Source: a bacterium | GTDB lineage: Bacteria > UBA8248 > JACPRG01 > G963555815 | Direction: 5' to 3' | DNA length: 64,000 bases | NCBI GenBank assembly: GCA_965218795.1 | Contig: OZ244653.1 | Coordinates: forward strand, 3,296,001-3,360,000 | Shown here: positions 24,094 through 33,886 of the stretch, in pieces | Layout of the letters: each line of letters opens with the position of its first letter | Numbering within the stretch: the stretch's first letter is position 1 | Notes under the pieces: generated by a model | What the model was told of the DNA's origin: nothing | The model's database searches: none | The model's input: only the letters and a program-made list of their open reading frames with translations | Translations under genes and position numbers: made by a program

Positions 24094-24885
24094 CTAGAGC
24101 TTTTCCACCTGCAGAAATTCCAATTCGACCGGGGTCGGCCGGCCGAAAATAGTCACCATGATACGCACCTTGCCGCGCTCATGGTTGATGACATCGACCA
24201 CCCCCGAGAAATTCGCAAACGGACCATCGATGACCCGCACGTTTTGACCTTCCTCGAACTCCACCTTCGGTTTGGCCACCTGCTCCCCGCGAATTTGACC
24301 GAGAATCTTCTGGACTTCATCCTCACTCAGCGGGGTAGGATCGTTGGTTCCCCCCAGAAAACCCGTCACCTTGGGCGTGTTCTTGATGAGATACCAAGTG
24401 TCTGTAGACATTGTCATCTGAATCAAGATATACCCGGGATAATACTTGCGCGAAGACATCCTTCGGCGACCGCCCCGCACCTCCACGACATCTTCGGTCG
24501 GAACCAGAATCTTTCCGAACAGCTCACGCAAGGGAGACACCTGGAGACGCTCTTCCAATGCGGCTTTCACTTTGGTTTCATAACCCGAATAGGTGTGGAT
24601 GACGTACCATTTCTTGTCGGGGTCCGAAAAAGATGTATCCCCAACCTCGGGGACAGGTTCATCGCCAGCTTCGCCGTCGGCCTCCGGGCCCGCCTCGGCT
24701 TCCGTGATCGGCTCCGGCGTTTCGGTGACTTCCCCACCGGCCGGTTCTGCATCAACGGCCGCAACGGGTTCGGCCTCCGATTCCCTTTCGGAGTCTGTGC
24801 CGACCTCCGCCACATCGGCCATATCAGAGGCCGCTGCGCTCCCTTCCTTCTCGTCGGATTCCGGGTGCTGCGGTTCCTGGATCAT
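24094..24885 (-). CDS. nusG: Transcription factor NusG with long acidic N-terminal extension
   Basis: WYVIHTYSGYE; TPKVTGF; KOW domain DGPF...IFGRPTPVEL; ATG overlaps secE stop. Confidence 0.96.
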   Translation of the reverse strand: MIQEPQHPESDEKEGSAAASDMADVAEVGTDSERESEAEPVAAVDAEPAGGEVTETPEPITEAEAGPEADGEAGDEPVPEVGDTSFSDPDKKWYVIHTYSGYETKVKAALEERLQVSPLRELFGKILVPTEDVVEVRGGRRRMSSRKYYPGYILIQMTMSTDTWYLIKNTPKVTGFLGGTNDPTPLSEDEVQKILGQIRGEQVAKPKVEFEEGQNVRVIDGPFANFSGVVDVINHERGKVRIMVTIFGRPTPVELEFLQVEKL

Positions 24886-25085
24886 CGGATGAGGGTTCCC
24901 ACCAGCCTTGAAAAGCCCATGTCGACCAAGCCGAGATAAATCGCAATCAAGATGACAGCGATAATGACCACCGATGTGGAGGCAAGCGTCTCTTTACGGG
25001 TCGGCCAAGTCACCTTCCTGACTTCCGAGCGAACATCACGAAGGAAATCGACCGATTGTATATACCAGCCGGTTAATTTTCCCAT
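24882..25085 (-). CDS. secE: Preprotein translocase SecE
   Basis: EVRKVTWPTRKE plus one TM helix. Confidence 0.96.
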   Translation of the reverse strand: MGKLTGWYIQSVDFLRDVRSEVRKVTWPTRKETLASTSVVIIAVILIAIYLGLVDMGFSRLVGTLIR

Positions 25086-25119
25086 GTGTCCGCAATCTCA
25101 AATTCGCAGAAATGTTGAA

Positions 25120-25195
25120 TGGCAGGCCAGGAGGGATTCGAACCCCCAACCCTCGGTTTTGGAGACCGATGCTCTACCGTTCGAGCTACTGGCCT
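25120..25195 (-). tRNA. tRNA-Trp (CCA)
   Basis: AGGCCAGTAGCTC...CTCCAAAA...GGTTCGAATCC...GGCCTGCCA, 76 nt, encoded CCA end. Confidence 0.97.
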
Positions 25196-25270
25196 GCCGA
25201 AGGGATTCCGGATGCCTCGAGCCGCCCTTGACTTACCTCTCACTTGCTTTCGAAATGGATCCAACCGGCC

Positions 25271-25420
25271 TCACTTCGTTTCCCGATGGAGTGTGTGGTG
25301 CCTGCAGTACCTGCAATATTTTTTGAATTCCAGACGGTCCGGCGTCTTCTGCTTATTTTTGGTTGTCGAATAATTTCTTCGCTTGCATTCTCCGCAAGCC
25401 AATGTCGCCAAAACTCGCAT
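25271..25420 (-). CDS. rpmG: 50S ribosomal protein L33, zinc-binding type (not in ORF track)
   Basis: Manual translation [49 protein letters not shown]. Confidence 0.97.
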   Translation of the reverse strand: MRVLATLACGECKRRNYSTTKNKQKTPDRLEFKKYCRYCRHHTLHRETK

Positions 25421-25464
25421 CGCGTTCTCTTTTTTCTCGTCGTCCCAGTCGAGGAATCGAGGGG

Positions 25465-26655
25465 TTATTCGGTGATGTCGGTGATCACGCCAGCACCCAC
25501 CGTCCGGCCACCCTCACGAATCGCAAACCGCAACTCCTTCTCCATCGCTATCGGACCGATCAACTCCACGTCCATCGTTATGTTGTCCCCGGGCATCACC
25601 ATCTCCACACCAGCGGGCAACGTCACCACACCCGTCACGTCCGTCGTACGAAAATAAAACTGAGGACGGTATCCATTGAAAAACGGCGTGTGACGACCCC
25701 CCTCCGCCTTCGTCAACACATAGGCCTCCGCCCTGAACTTCTTGTGGGGCGTGATCGTACCGGGATGAGCCAACACCTGACCGCGCTCCACTCCCTCACG
25801 CTTCACCCCTCGAAGCAATACACCGATGTTGTCACCCGCCTGGCCCTGGTCCAGAAGCTTCCGGAACATCTCCACCCCTGTCGCAACCGTCTTCTCCGTG
25901 TCCCGAATCCCGACGATCTCTACCTCCTCGCCCACCTTCACCACACCGCGCTCCACACGACCCGTCACCACCGTGCCTCGACCACTGATCGTGAACACAT
26001 CCTCCACAGGCATCAAAAACGGACGGTCCACGTCCCGAACCGGCTCCGGTATGTAACTGTCGATAGCATCCATCAACTCCAATATGCTCTGCGCCGAAGA
26101 ATCCTCATCAGGATGGTTCAACGCCTGCAAGGCGCTCCCCTGTACCACCGGTATCTCATCCCCAGGAAAATCGTAACTCGACAGCAACTCACGTACCTCC
26201 AACTCCACCAACTCCTTCAACTCCTCGTCGTCCACCATGTCCACCTTGTTCAAATACACCACAATGTAAGGAACGCCCACCTGACGAGCCAGCAATATGT
26301 GCTCGCGCGTCTGAGGCATCGGGCCGTCCGCAGCGCTCACAACCAATATCGCGCCGTCCATCTGGGCCGCGCCCGTGATCATGTTCTTCACATAGTCCGC
26401 ATGACCAGGACAGTCCACGTGAGCATAGTGGCGCTGCGCCGTCTCGTACTCCACGTGAGCCGTCGCTATCGTGATCCCTCGCTCCCTCTCCTCGGGCGCC
26501 TTGTCGATCTCATCGAACGATATGAAATCCGCCCGGCCCTGCTTGGACAACACAAGCGTGATCGCTGCCGTCAGCGTTGTCTTGCCGTGATCCACGTGGC
26601 CTATCGTACCCACGTTCACGTGGGGCTTCGTCCGCTCGAACTTCAACTTGCTCAC
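25465..26655 (-). CDS. tuf: Elongation factor Tu (tRNA-operon copy)
   Basis: GTG start at 26655; protein identical to the copy at 8980-10170. Confidence 0.99.
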   Translation of the reverse strand: MSKLKFERTKPHVNVGTIGHVDHGKTTLTAAITLVLSKQGRADFISFDEIDKAPEERERGITIATAHVEYETAQRHYAHVDCPGHADYVKNMITGAAQMDGAILVVSAADGPMPQTREHILLARQVGVPYIVVYLNKVDMVDDEELKELVELEVRELLSSYDFPGDEIPVVQGSALQALNHPDEDSSAQSILELMDAIDSYIPEPVRDVDRPFLMPVEDVFTISGRGTVVTGRVERGVVKVGEEVEIVGIRDTEKTVATGVEMFRKLLDQGQAGDNIGVLLRGVKREGVERGQVLAHPGTITPHKKFRAEAYVLTKAEGGRHTPFFNGYRPQFYFRTTDVTGVVTLPAGVEMVMPGDNITMDVELIGPIAMEKELRFAIREGGRTVGAGVITDITE

Positions 26656-26740
26656 GGATTTCAATCTCCGTCCATGTGTTTCGGTTTAACCAAGTGAAGG
26701 CGTTCGGCATGTCAGCCAAACGCCTTCCTTCCAACCAAGG

Positions 26741-26818
<78 letters not shown>

Positions 26819-26846
26819 GCCGGCCTCGTTCTCCTCAATCGCTTCA

Positions 26847-26923
26847 TGGAGCGGGAAACGGGATTCGAACCCGCGACCCTCGGCTTGGAAGGCCGATGCT
26901 CTAGCCAGCTGAGCTATTCCCGC
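26847..26923 (-). tRNA. tRNA-Gly (TCC)
   Basis: GCGGGAATAGCTCAG...CTTCCAAG...GGTTCGAATCCC...CCCGCTCCA. Confidence 0.97.
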
Positions 26924-26946
26924 CCGCCGCCAATCAACCCACAGAC

Positions 26947-27031
26947 TGGTGGGGAGGGGAGGATTCGAACCTCCGAAGGCTGAGCCGACAGATTTACAGT
27001 CTGTTCCCTTTGACCGCTCGGGAACCTCCCC
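26947..27031 (-). tRNA. tRNA-Tyr (GTA)
   Basis: 85 nt with long variable arm, anticodon loop CTGTAAA, ends CCACCA. Confidence 0.97.
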
Positions 27032-27077
27032 TGAAGTCTATTGAAATTTTTGGAGTTTTGAAGAATAGCCGGTCCCC

Positions 27078-27153
27078 TGGAGCTGGCGAAGGGATTTGAA
27101 CCCCCGACCTGCTGATTACAAGTCAGCTGCTCTACCAACTGAGCTACGCCAGC
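27078..27153 (-). tRNA. tRNA-Thr (TGT)
   Basis: GCTGGCGTAGCTCAG...CTTGTAAT...GGTTCAAATCC...CAGCTCCA. Confidence 0.97.
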
Positions 27154-27170
27154 CATCAGTCAAATGATTA

Positions 27171-27199
27171 ATTATGGAGACATTTGCTCCCCTTGTCAA
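27171..27199 (-). promoter_or_regulatory. sigma70 promoter of tRNA-tuf operon
   Basis: TTGACA (27199-27194), 17 nt, CATAAT (27176-27171), just upstream of tRNA-Thr. Confidence 0.85.
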
Positions 27200-27240
27200 C
27201 AAAATATGGTGGGCCAGAAATCCCATATCCCGCCGGGCGG

Positions 27241-28065
27241 TCAGGTATGACTCCTCCGATTTCCCTTTAGCCTTCGCCTCGCATTCACCTCATACAACGC
27301 AATGGCTCCGGCGACAGATGCGTTCAAGGTAGGAAAATCGGCCGACGTGTCCAGGCGCATCACTTGGTCACACCGTTCGCGCACCAAACGGCGAAGTCCT
27401 TTGCCTTCTGAGCCCACAACCAGCGCCATCGGCCCGTCACACCATATCTCTTCGATCGGTTGGCCCCCTGTCTCAGCGAGACCGACAATCCAGAAATTTC
27501 TCTCTTTGAGATGATCCAACGCCCGCGACAGGTTCGTGACTCGAGTCAGGGGGATTCGCTCTATCGCCCCCGCAGAGGCTTTCACCGCCGCCGGGGTCGG
27601 CCCTGCCGACCGATCTTTGGGAAATACAACGCCCCGGCAACCCAGGGCCAAAGCCGAACGACAAAGGGCTCCGAAGTTTCTGGGATCGATGACGCCATCC
27701 AGAACCAGTATGACGGGAGGGGAGAAGGTATCCTCACCATCCGGAGATGATTCCCCGGGCAGTTCTTCCAGTGAACAAACGGGCAGGGGACCGACATCCG
27801 CGACCGCTCCCTGATGATCCGGACTTCCGGCAAGGCGGGTCAGCCCCTCTCGGCTTTCCGGCGCCACCGGAACGCCGACCTGGGCGGCAGCTTCCACGAT
27901 CTCCGTCAGAACGGCATCCGTGCGGCCGGCCAAGAAAACATGAGCGATTCTCCTCCTGCCCGCGCGCAAGCTTTCCAGGACCGGCCTGAGACCGTATATG
28001 AATCGATCCGCCTCGGTTTTTCGTTTTTGTCCCCGACCGGGGCTCACGTCTGTACCCGTTTCCAC
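27241..28065 (-). CDS. rlmB: 23S rRNA Gm2251 methyltransferase (TrmH/SPOUT family)
   Basis: HQG; LDGVIDPRNFGALCR; VGSEGKGL; TLNASVA. Confidence 0.9.
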   Translation of the reverse strand: METGTDVSPGRGQKRKTEADRFIYGLRPVLESLRAGRRRIAHVFLAGRTDAVLTEIVEAAAQVGVPVAPESREGLTRLAGSPDHQGAVADVGPLPVCSLEELPGESSPDGEDTFSPPVILVLDGVIDPRNFGALCRSALALGCRGVVFPKDRSAGPTPAAVKASAGAIERIPLTRVTNLSRALDHLKERNFWIVGLAETGGQPIEEIWCDGPMALVVGSEGKGLRRLVRERCDQVMRLDTSADFPTLNASVAGAIALYEVNARRRLKGNRRSHT

Positions 28066-29537
28066 TGAGTCCCAGCGGGACCGTCTTCGAGGAGGACGTT
28101 TCCGGCCTTCAGCTCATCCCGGATTCGGTCGGCCTCCGCCCAATCCTTTCGGGCCCGTGCATCCACTCGTTCCAAAATCATTCGCTCGATGGTTTCATCG
28201 TCCAGCATACCCTCGACTTTATCAGCCGATGCAGTGGTACCGGCCAGCCGGAACCAATCCACGGGCGAATGCTCTAAAAAAGTCAGGACCTGGGCCCGCC
28301 GGGCCAAGGCATCGACCGCACGCTTCATCGTCTCAACGGGGATCTCCACGCCGGATTTTGCGTCCCATGCGGAAGGATCCAGGCGATCGATGGCATTGTG
28401 GATCTGCCGCGCCAGGGTGAACATGCCGCCGATGGCCCTCGGGGTGTTGAAATCATCGTCCATCGCCTCTGTGAACTCGACTTCAAAGCTCCGGACGGCT
28501 TGATCCAGGGTCGGGTCACCGCCGTTGGCGCCTTTGGGGGCTTTCGCGCGCGCCTCTTCCGCCCTCAGACAGGCGTTGTAGAGCCGGTCGAGTCCGCGAC
28601 CCGCCGCAGCCGCGGCGTCATCGGAATATTCCAGGGCGCTCCGGTAGTGGGAGCCCGCCAGCAGGAACCTGATGACTTCCGGATGAAATTTTTCAAGTAT
28701 GGCCCTCACCGAAAAAAAGTTCCCGGTGGATTTCGACATTTTCTCCTGGTGAATCCGCACCATCCCGTTGTGCAGCCAATATCGCGCAAATCCTTCTCCG
28801 GAAAAGGCGCAGGATTGGGCCCGCTCGTTCTCGTGGTGAGGAAAAATGAGATCGGTTCCGCCGCCGTGAATGTCGAAGGTTTTCCCAAGGTATTTGAGGG
28901 ACATGGCCGAGCATTCGATATGCCAGCCCGGACGCCCTTCTCCCCAGGGGGATTCCCAGCTTGGCTCTCCAGGCTTGGCCGCTTTCCAGAGCGTGAAATC
29001 AAGGGGGTCGCGTTTCTGTTCGTTCACCTCCACCCTGGCGCCCGATTCCAGTTCGTCGATATTTTTTCCCGACAGCCTCCCGTATTCACCGAATTTCCGG
29101 ACGGCAAAATAAACATCGCCATCCGCCTCGTAGGCGTACCCTTTATCGATGAGTCCTTGGATCATCTCCACCATGGACGGGATGTGCTCGGTGGCCCTGG
29201 GCTCGAAATCGGGCGCGGCCACGCCCAATCGCTCCATGTCTTCGGTGAACGCCTGGATGTAGCGCTCCGCAATATCAGCGGCGGCTGCCCCTTCTTCCCG
29301 GGCACGGACGATGATCTTGTCGTCCACATCGGTGAAGTTTCGCACATAAGTAACATCGTAGCCGCGAAACCGAAGGTAGCGGCGAATGATCTCGAATGCC
29401 AAGGCTCCCCGCGCGTGACCCAGATGCGCATCGTCATAGACGGTAACGCCGCAGACGTACATCCCCGCCTTACCGGGAACCTGTGGCGCAAAGTTTTCCG
29501 ATTGGCCCGTCAGGTTGTTGAAAACGCGCAGGGTCAT
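28044..29537 (-). CDS. cysS: Cysteinyl-tRNA synthetase
   Basis: [16 protein letters not shown]; [10 protein letters not shown]; KMSKS. Confidence 0.98.
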   Translation of the reverse strand: MTLRVFNNLTGQSENFAPQVPGKAGMYVCGVTVYDDAHLGHARGALAFEIIRRYLRFRGYDVTYVRNFTDVDDKIIVRAREEGAAAADIAERYIQAFTEDMERLGVAAPDFEPRATEHIPSMVEMIQGLIDKGYAYEADGDVYFAVRKFGEYGRLSGKNIDELESGARVEVNEQKRDPLDFTLWKAAKPGEPSWESPWGEGRPGWHIECSAMSLKYLGKTFDIHGGGTDLIFPHHENERAQSCAFSGEGFARYWLHNGMVRIHQEKMSKSTGNFFSVRAILEKFHPEVIRFLLAGSHYRSALEYSDDAAAAAGRGLDRLYNACLRAEEARAKAPKGANGGDPTLDQAVRSFEVEFTEAMDDDFNTPRAIGGMFTLARQIHNAIDRLDPSAWDAKSGVEIPVETMKRAVDALARRAQVLTFLEHSPVDWFRLAGTTASADKVEGMLDDETIERMILERVDARARKDWAEADRIRDELKAGNVLLEDGPAGTQWKRVQT

Positions 29538-29555
29538 AAACTCGTCAGAACGGTA

Positions 29556-30041
29556 TCAGTCTTTCCGCCGAGGATAAATCGTGCACACGGCATGCGCGGC
29601 AATGCCCTCTTCCCGACCCGCAAATCCGAGCCGTTCCGTGGTTGTTGCCTTGACGCTCACCGCGGCGGCGGGAACTTTCAAGCTCTCGGCGATTCGCTTG
29701 GCCATTTCCGGAATGTACGGAGCCAGCTTGGGCTTTTGGGCCACAACCGTCAAGTCGACGTTGACGGGATCATATCCCTTTTCTTCCAAGAGCGCCCGTA
29801 CGCGCTTCAATAGAACCAGGCTGGAGATGCCTTTGTAGGCCGGGTCGGTATCGGGAAAATACGCGCCGATGTCTCCGAGGGCGGCCGCGCCGAGAAGCGC
29901 GTCACAGAGAGCATGCAGAGCGACATCCGCGTCACTGTGACCTTCAAGGCCCAAGACATGCGGCACATTCACCCCGCAGAGGATCAACTCGCGACCCTCT
30001 GCCAGAGCGTGAACGTCGTATCCCACGCCCACCCGAATCAA
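29556..30041 (-). CDS. ispF: MEcPP synthase
   Basis: GYDVH; GHSDADVALHA; KATTTE. Confidence 0.97.
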   Translation of the reverse strand: MIRVGVGYDVHALAEGRELILCGVNVPHVLGLEGHSDADVALHALCDALLGAAALGDIGAYFPDTDPAYKGISSLVLLKRVRALLEEKGYDPVNVDLTVVAQKPKLAPYIPEMAKRIAESLKVPAAAVSVKATTTERLGFAGREEGIAAHAVCTIYPRRKD

Positions 30042-30116
30042 ACTACATTCTCCCGTCCTTGGCCAAGCGCGCGAAGCGCTCCAATGGAATGGACCGTCGG
30101 CTTCCGCCTCCCGCCC

Positions 30117-30941
30117 TCACCCCGCCGCATCACTCTGCCCGCCCCTGGCATTCTTCGGTCGACCCCTCACCCGACCTTTGGACGCCGACCACAGAGCTTC
30201 GGCCAGCAATAGATCTTCCGGGTTTGTGACCTTCAAATTGCGTTCGTCCCCGGGGACGATCCATGCACGCCCGCCGGCCTGTTCGACAAAGGAGGCGTCA
30301 TCCGTTCCGTCGAAACCTGTCCGTTCCGCGTTCCGGAGAGCCTTCCGAAATATTTCAGAGCGAAAGGCCTGGGGCGTCTGAGCCCTCCAGAGGGTTTCGC
30401 GCTCCATCGTCTTTCGAACCCACCCTCCCGGACGGCCGCTCTGGCCTTTCGGGGTGGATGAAGCCCGGCTTCTCTTGATGGTATCCGTCTCGGGAACCGC
30501 GGCGAGGGCCGCGCCGAGATCGAAGGCGGCCTCCGCCACTTGATCGATCAACTCGGGCGTGACCAAGGGCCGCGCTCCGTCATGCACCAACAAGACGTCG
30601 AAAGACAGGGGAATCCGTTCCACGCATCGCCGGACGGACTCTCCGCGGGTCGATCCCCCCGTGACAACCGCCCTGACTTTACGAAATCCATAAGCCCGGA
30701 CAAATTCACGTCGGACCCAGGTGACCCGTCCGGGAGGCGCCGCAATGTAAACCGCGTCGATCGAAGAACGCTCCAGCGCCCGGAGGACGTGGACCAAGAG
30801 AGGTAATCCGTCCAGGTGTTGAAACTGTTTGGAGGATCCGGCGGCGCTGAAGCGTGTGCCGAAGCCCGCCGCGGGGACGATGGCCGCGCTCTGAAATACC
30901 GCTTCGGGCCGACGGGTTTCGCGACGCATGAATTCGGGCAT
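30117..30941 (-). CDS. ispD: MEP cytidylyltransferase
   Basis: PAAGFGTRF; VHDGARP; AQTPQAF; TDDAS; NLKVT. Confidence 0.95.
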   Translation of the reverse strand: MPEFMRRETRRPEAVFQSAAIVPAAGFGTRFSAAGSSKQFQHLDGLPLLVHVLRALERSSIDAVYIAAPPGRVTWVRREFVRAYGFRKVRAVVTGGSTRGESVRRCVERIPLSFDVLLVHDGARPLVTPELIDQVAEAAFDLGAALAAVPETDTIKRSRASSTPKGQSGRPGGWVRKTMERETLWRAQTPQAFRSEIFRKALRNAERTGFDGTDDASFVEQAGGRAWIVPGDERNLKVTNPEDLLLAEALWSASKGRVRGRPKNARGGQSDAAG

Positions 30942-31975
30942 CAGGATGCCGTCATTTGCTCCACGTCTTCTTTGAGCCGGGTGAATATCATCCGGCCCGC
31001 GGTGGTCTGCAAAACGCTGGTGACGACAACCTCCACGTTCCGTCCGATACTTTTTCTTGCATTGTCGACGACCACCATCGTGCCGTCATCCAGGTAGGCC
31101 ACACCCTGCCCGTATTCCTTGCCTTCCTTGAGGACAAAGACGTTCATCTCCTCGCCCGGCAGGACGACGGGTTTCATCGCATTGGCCAGTTCGTTGATAT
31201 TGAGGACCGTCACCCCTTGAAGTTCGGCCACCTTATTCAGGTTGAAGTCGTTGGTGAGGATCTTCCCGTTCATCTCTTTCCCCAGGGCGACCAGCTTAGC
31301 GTCGACCTCGCGAATGTGAGGGAAGTCTTTGTTGATCACCTGCACATCGAGATTCGGGTCTTTCTGAATTTTCTGGAGGATGTCCAGCCCGCGACGTCCC
31401 CGATTCCGCTTCAATGAATCGGAGGAGTCCGCGATATGCTGAAGCTCCTTCAGAATGAACTGGGGAACCACGATATGTCCATCGACAAAACCGGTCTCCG
31501 TGATATCCGCGATGCGGCCGTCGATGATCACGCTGGTATCCAGGATATTGGTTCGTTCGCGGGAACTTTTCCGGGCTTCCTCCTCACTGGCCGGTTGCTT
31601 CCCTCCGGCCTGAAGGGTGAAGTCCTCTCCCTTGCGAAGCCCCACCAGTAAACCCAAACAGCCGGTCACGAAGTAAAGGGTCAATACAATCACCGACATC
31701 AAACGCGCCGATTCCACGGGTAACGCCAGCACCGGCGCTGCCAGAAGCTTGGCCGCAACCAGTCCGATCAGCAAACCGAGAAAGCCCCCTGCGACGCTTC
31801 TGGGTGAGTATGCGGACATCCACCATTCGAGAATGACGATCAAGAGAGCGACGGAAACACCCACGGCCGCGCCAACTCCTGCGGCAAGCGCCCCTCCGGA
31901 TGAGACAAATCCCCCGATGTAACCGGCGATCGCGCCCAGAAGGAGCAATAAGGCCCGAATCCAAGTCGGCCTCAC
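30941..31975 (-). CDS. Membrane PIN/TRAM domain protein (YacL-like)
   Basis: N-terminal TM helices; LDTSVIIDGRI; RGRRGLDIL; GVAYLDDGTMVVV; LQTTAGRMIF. Confidence 0.93.
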   Translation of the reverse strand: MRPTWIRALLLLLGAIAGYIGGFVSSGGALAAGVGAAVGVSVALLIVILEWWMSAYSPRSVAGGFLGLLIGLVAAKLLAAPVLALPVESARLMSVIVLTLYFVTGCLGLLVGLRKGEDFTLQAGGKQPASEEEARKSSRERTNILDTSVIIDGRIADITETGFVDGHIVVPQFILKELQHIADSSDSLKRNRGRRGLDILQKIQKDPNLDVQVINKDFPHIREVDAKLVALGKEMNGKILTNDFNLNKVAELQGVTVLNINELANAMKPVVLPGEEMNVFVLKEGKEYGQGVAYLDDGTMVVVDNARKSIGRNVEVVVTSVLQTTAGRMIFTRLKEDVEQMTAS

Positions 31976-32142
31976 GGCACCTCACTCCTTTGCTGCATGA
32001 AGGTATGGAATATCGACTGCACGCCCATCGCTCCAAACCGAATCAGAGAAAGGACGGCGGTCGCTCAGCCTTTCCCTGAAACCCCTCGATGCAAGATCGA
32101 ACGTTCGGCCGCCCTTCAACGGCAGAGCGAAAGAGAGAAAAT

Positions 32143-32673
32143 CTACTCGCCCGGCCGCCGGTAATCCCCGGACCGTCCGCCCGACTTGCTCACCAGCCGG
32201 ATGTCCGAGATCACCATTGTGCGGTCCACCGCCTTGCACATGTCATATATCGTAAGCGCTGCCGCGCTGACTGCGGTCAAGGCCTCCATCTCCACGCCCG
32301 TCCGGGCTTCAATACTTGCTTTGGCTTCGATGTCCACCCAGGCCGTATCCCCTGATTCCTCCGACGGTGTCGAGCGCAATCGGGATTCCGCACCCGAATC
32401 TCCCAACTGAAAGTCCACTTCCACACCGGAAAGACCGAGGGGGTGACACAGCGGGATCAAATCGCCGGTCTTTTTCGCCGCCTGGATACCCGCCACCCGG
32501 GCGACTGCCAGGACATCCCCCTTTGCGGCTGCATTTTCACGCACAAGCTCCAGCGTTTCCGGCTTCATCCAGACCCGCCCCCTGGCCACCGCTTCCCGCC
32601 GGGTGACTTTTTTTTCGCCCACATCCACCATATGGGCTTGCCCGGATTGATCAACGTGAGTCAATTCTTCCAT
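32143..32673 (-). CDS. moaC: Cyclic pyranopterin monophosphate synthase MoaC
   Basis: HMVDVGEK; LIPLCHP; TGVEMEALT; YDMCKA; SKSGG. Alternative start at 32733. Confidence 0.96.
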   Translation of the reverse strand: MEELTHVDQSGQAHMVDVGEKKVTRREAVARGRVWMKPETLELVRENAAAKGDVLAVARVAGIQAAKKTGDLIPLCHPLGLSGVEVDFQLGDSGAESRLRSTPSEESGDTAWVDIEAKASIEARTGVEMEALTAVSAAALTIYDMCKAVDRTMVISDIRLVSKSGGRSGDYRRPGE

Positions 32674-32740
32674 GGCAACTCCGGAACCACCGGCGGTGGG
32701 AGAATGTTCATACGTAAGTCGTTCATTCTCCATATGTTAT

Positions 32741-32769
32741 AGGATATCATCCCCTTTGGCGCGAGTCAA
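32741..32769 (-). promoter_or_regulatory. Putative sigma70 promoter for moaC and downstream operon
   Basis: TTGACT, 17 nt, TATCCT with extended -10 TG. Confidence 0.6.
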
Positions 32770-32808
32770 TGTGAATCCAAGGATGAATCGGGAGGCGCCG
32801 CGGAAAGG

Positions 32809-32945
32809 GCCTTCGCCGTTCTGTGGGACGGCAGGGTGACCGAATCCGGGCAGCGCAAACGATGAGACCCTCGAGGAGATCTTCAGCGGACGAAGGCAGC
32901 GGCTATTCGAAAGAACGCCGCGAATACCCTATCTGTACATTCTGA
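32809..32945 (+). pseudogene. Probable remnant of a radical SAM SPASM domain
   Basis: Across frame changes: AFAVLWDGRVT / GSANDETLEEIFSG / REYPICTF*. Confidence 0.4.
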
Positions 32946-32988
32946 ATGATGAAAAACGACAGAACGTTCCAGACATACTCATAGAACC

Positions 32989-33809
32989 AGGGCCTGTTAG
33001 CACTAATGGGTGGGGTTATGCTATCCTTTGCGGATGGAGATCACCCAAGCTCAGTACGAACGCATTGCACCCTCCCTGCCCGTGCAGCGCGGCAACGTCA
33101 GCCTGTCGAACCTGCAAGTGCTCAACGCCATCCTGTACGTCGCCGAGCATGGCTGCAAGTGGCGGGGGTTACCGACTCGGTTCGGCAACTGGCACACCAT
33201 CTACACGCGCATGAACCGCTGGTCGAAGAACGGCGTCCTCGACCGGGTCTTCGAGCAGTTGCAGCGGGAACGGATCATGCGCATCAAGCTTGAGGCGGTG
33301 TCGCTGGACAGCACCCTCGTCAAGGTCCATCCCGACGGTACGGGCGCGCTGCAAAAAACGGCCCCCAGTCCATCGGCCAGTCCCGGGGCGGCTGGACCAC
33401 CAGGATTCATCTGGCTGCCGCGGATGCTCGAACGGCCTTGACCTTCGCGCTGTCGCCCGGACAGGCCCACGATGCGCCGGAAGGGCGTAAGCTGCTGCAC
33501 CGCCTGGGTCGGCGGCAGGGAGGGCAACCCGTCTCTGGTGATGGATCGCGCATACGAGGGCAGCGAGACACAAAGGCTGGCCTTGGCGCTGGGGTACACG
33601 CCCGTGGGGAAGCCTCTCAAGACCCGGCTCGACCCTTGGGCGTACGACCGGGAGACGTACAAGAGGCGCAACGAGATCGAGCGTCTGTTCCGTCGATTGA
33701 AGGGCTTTCGCCGGATCTTCTCCCGCTTCGAGAAGCTCGACGCCCTGTACCTCGGCTTCATCCTGTTCGCGCTCATCGTCGATGCACTGCGCTAGGGTTA
33801 ACAGACCCT
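32989..33809 (+). mobile_element. IS5-family (IS427-like) insertion sequence
   Basis: Imperfect terminal inverted repeats AGGGCCTGTTAGCACTA / AGGGTCTGTTAACCCTA; about 820 bp; two-ORF DDE transposase. Confidence 0.9.
33034..33795 (+). pseudogene. IS5-family transposase needing two frameshifts
   Basis: orfA (GCKWRGLP.RFGNWHTIYTR; SLDST), -1 shift at A6 (33353-33358) into IGQSRGGWTTRIH, then +1 shift near 33505-33530 into MDRAYE...RNEIERLFRRLK. Confidence 0.8.
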
Positions 33810-33886
33810 AGTCAATCGGACCGTTCGATTTCTCCAGATCCCAAATCATCCAGGAAAAACATTCTTCTTTACAAAATAGTGCTTTT

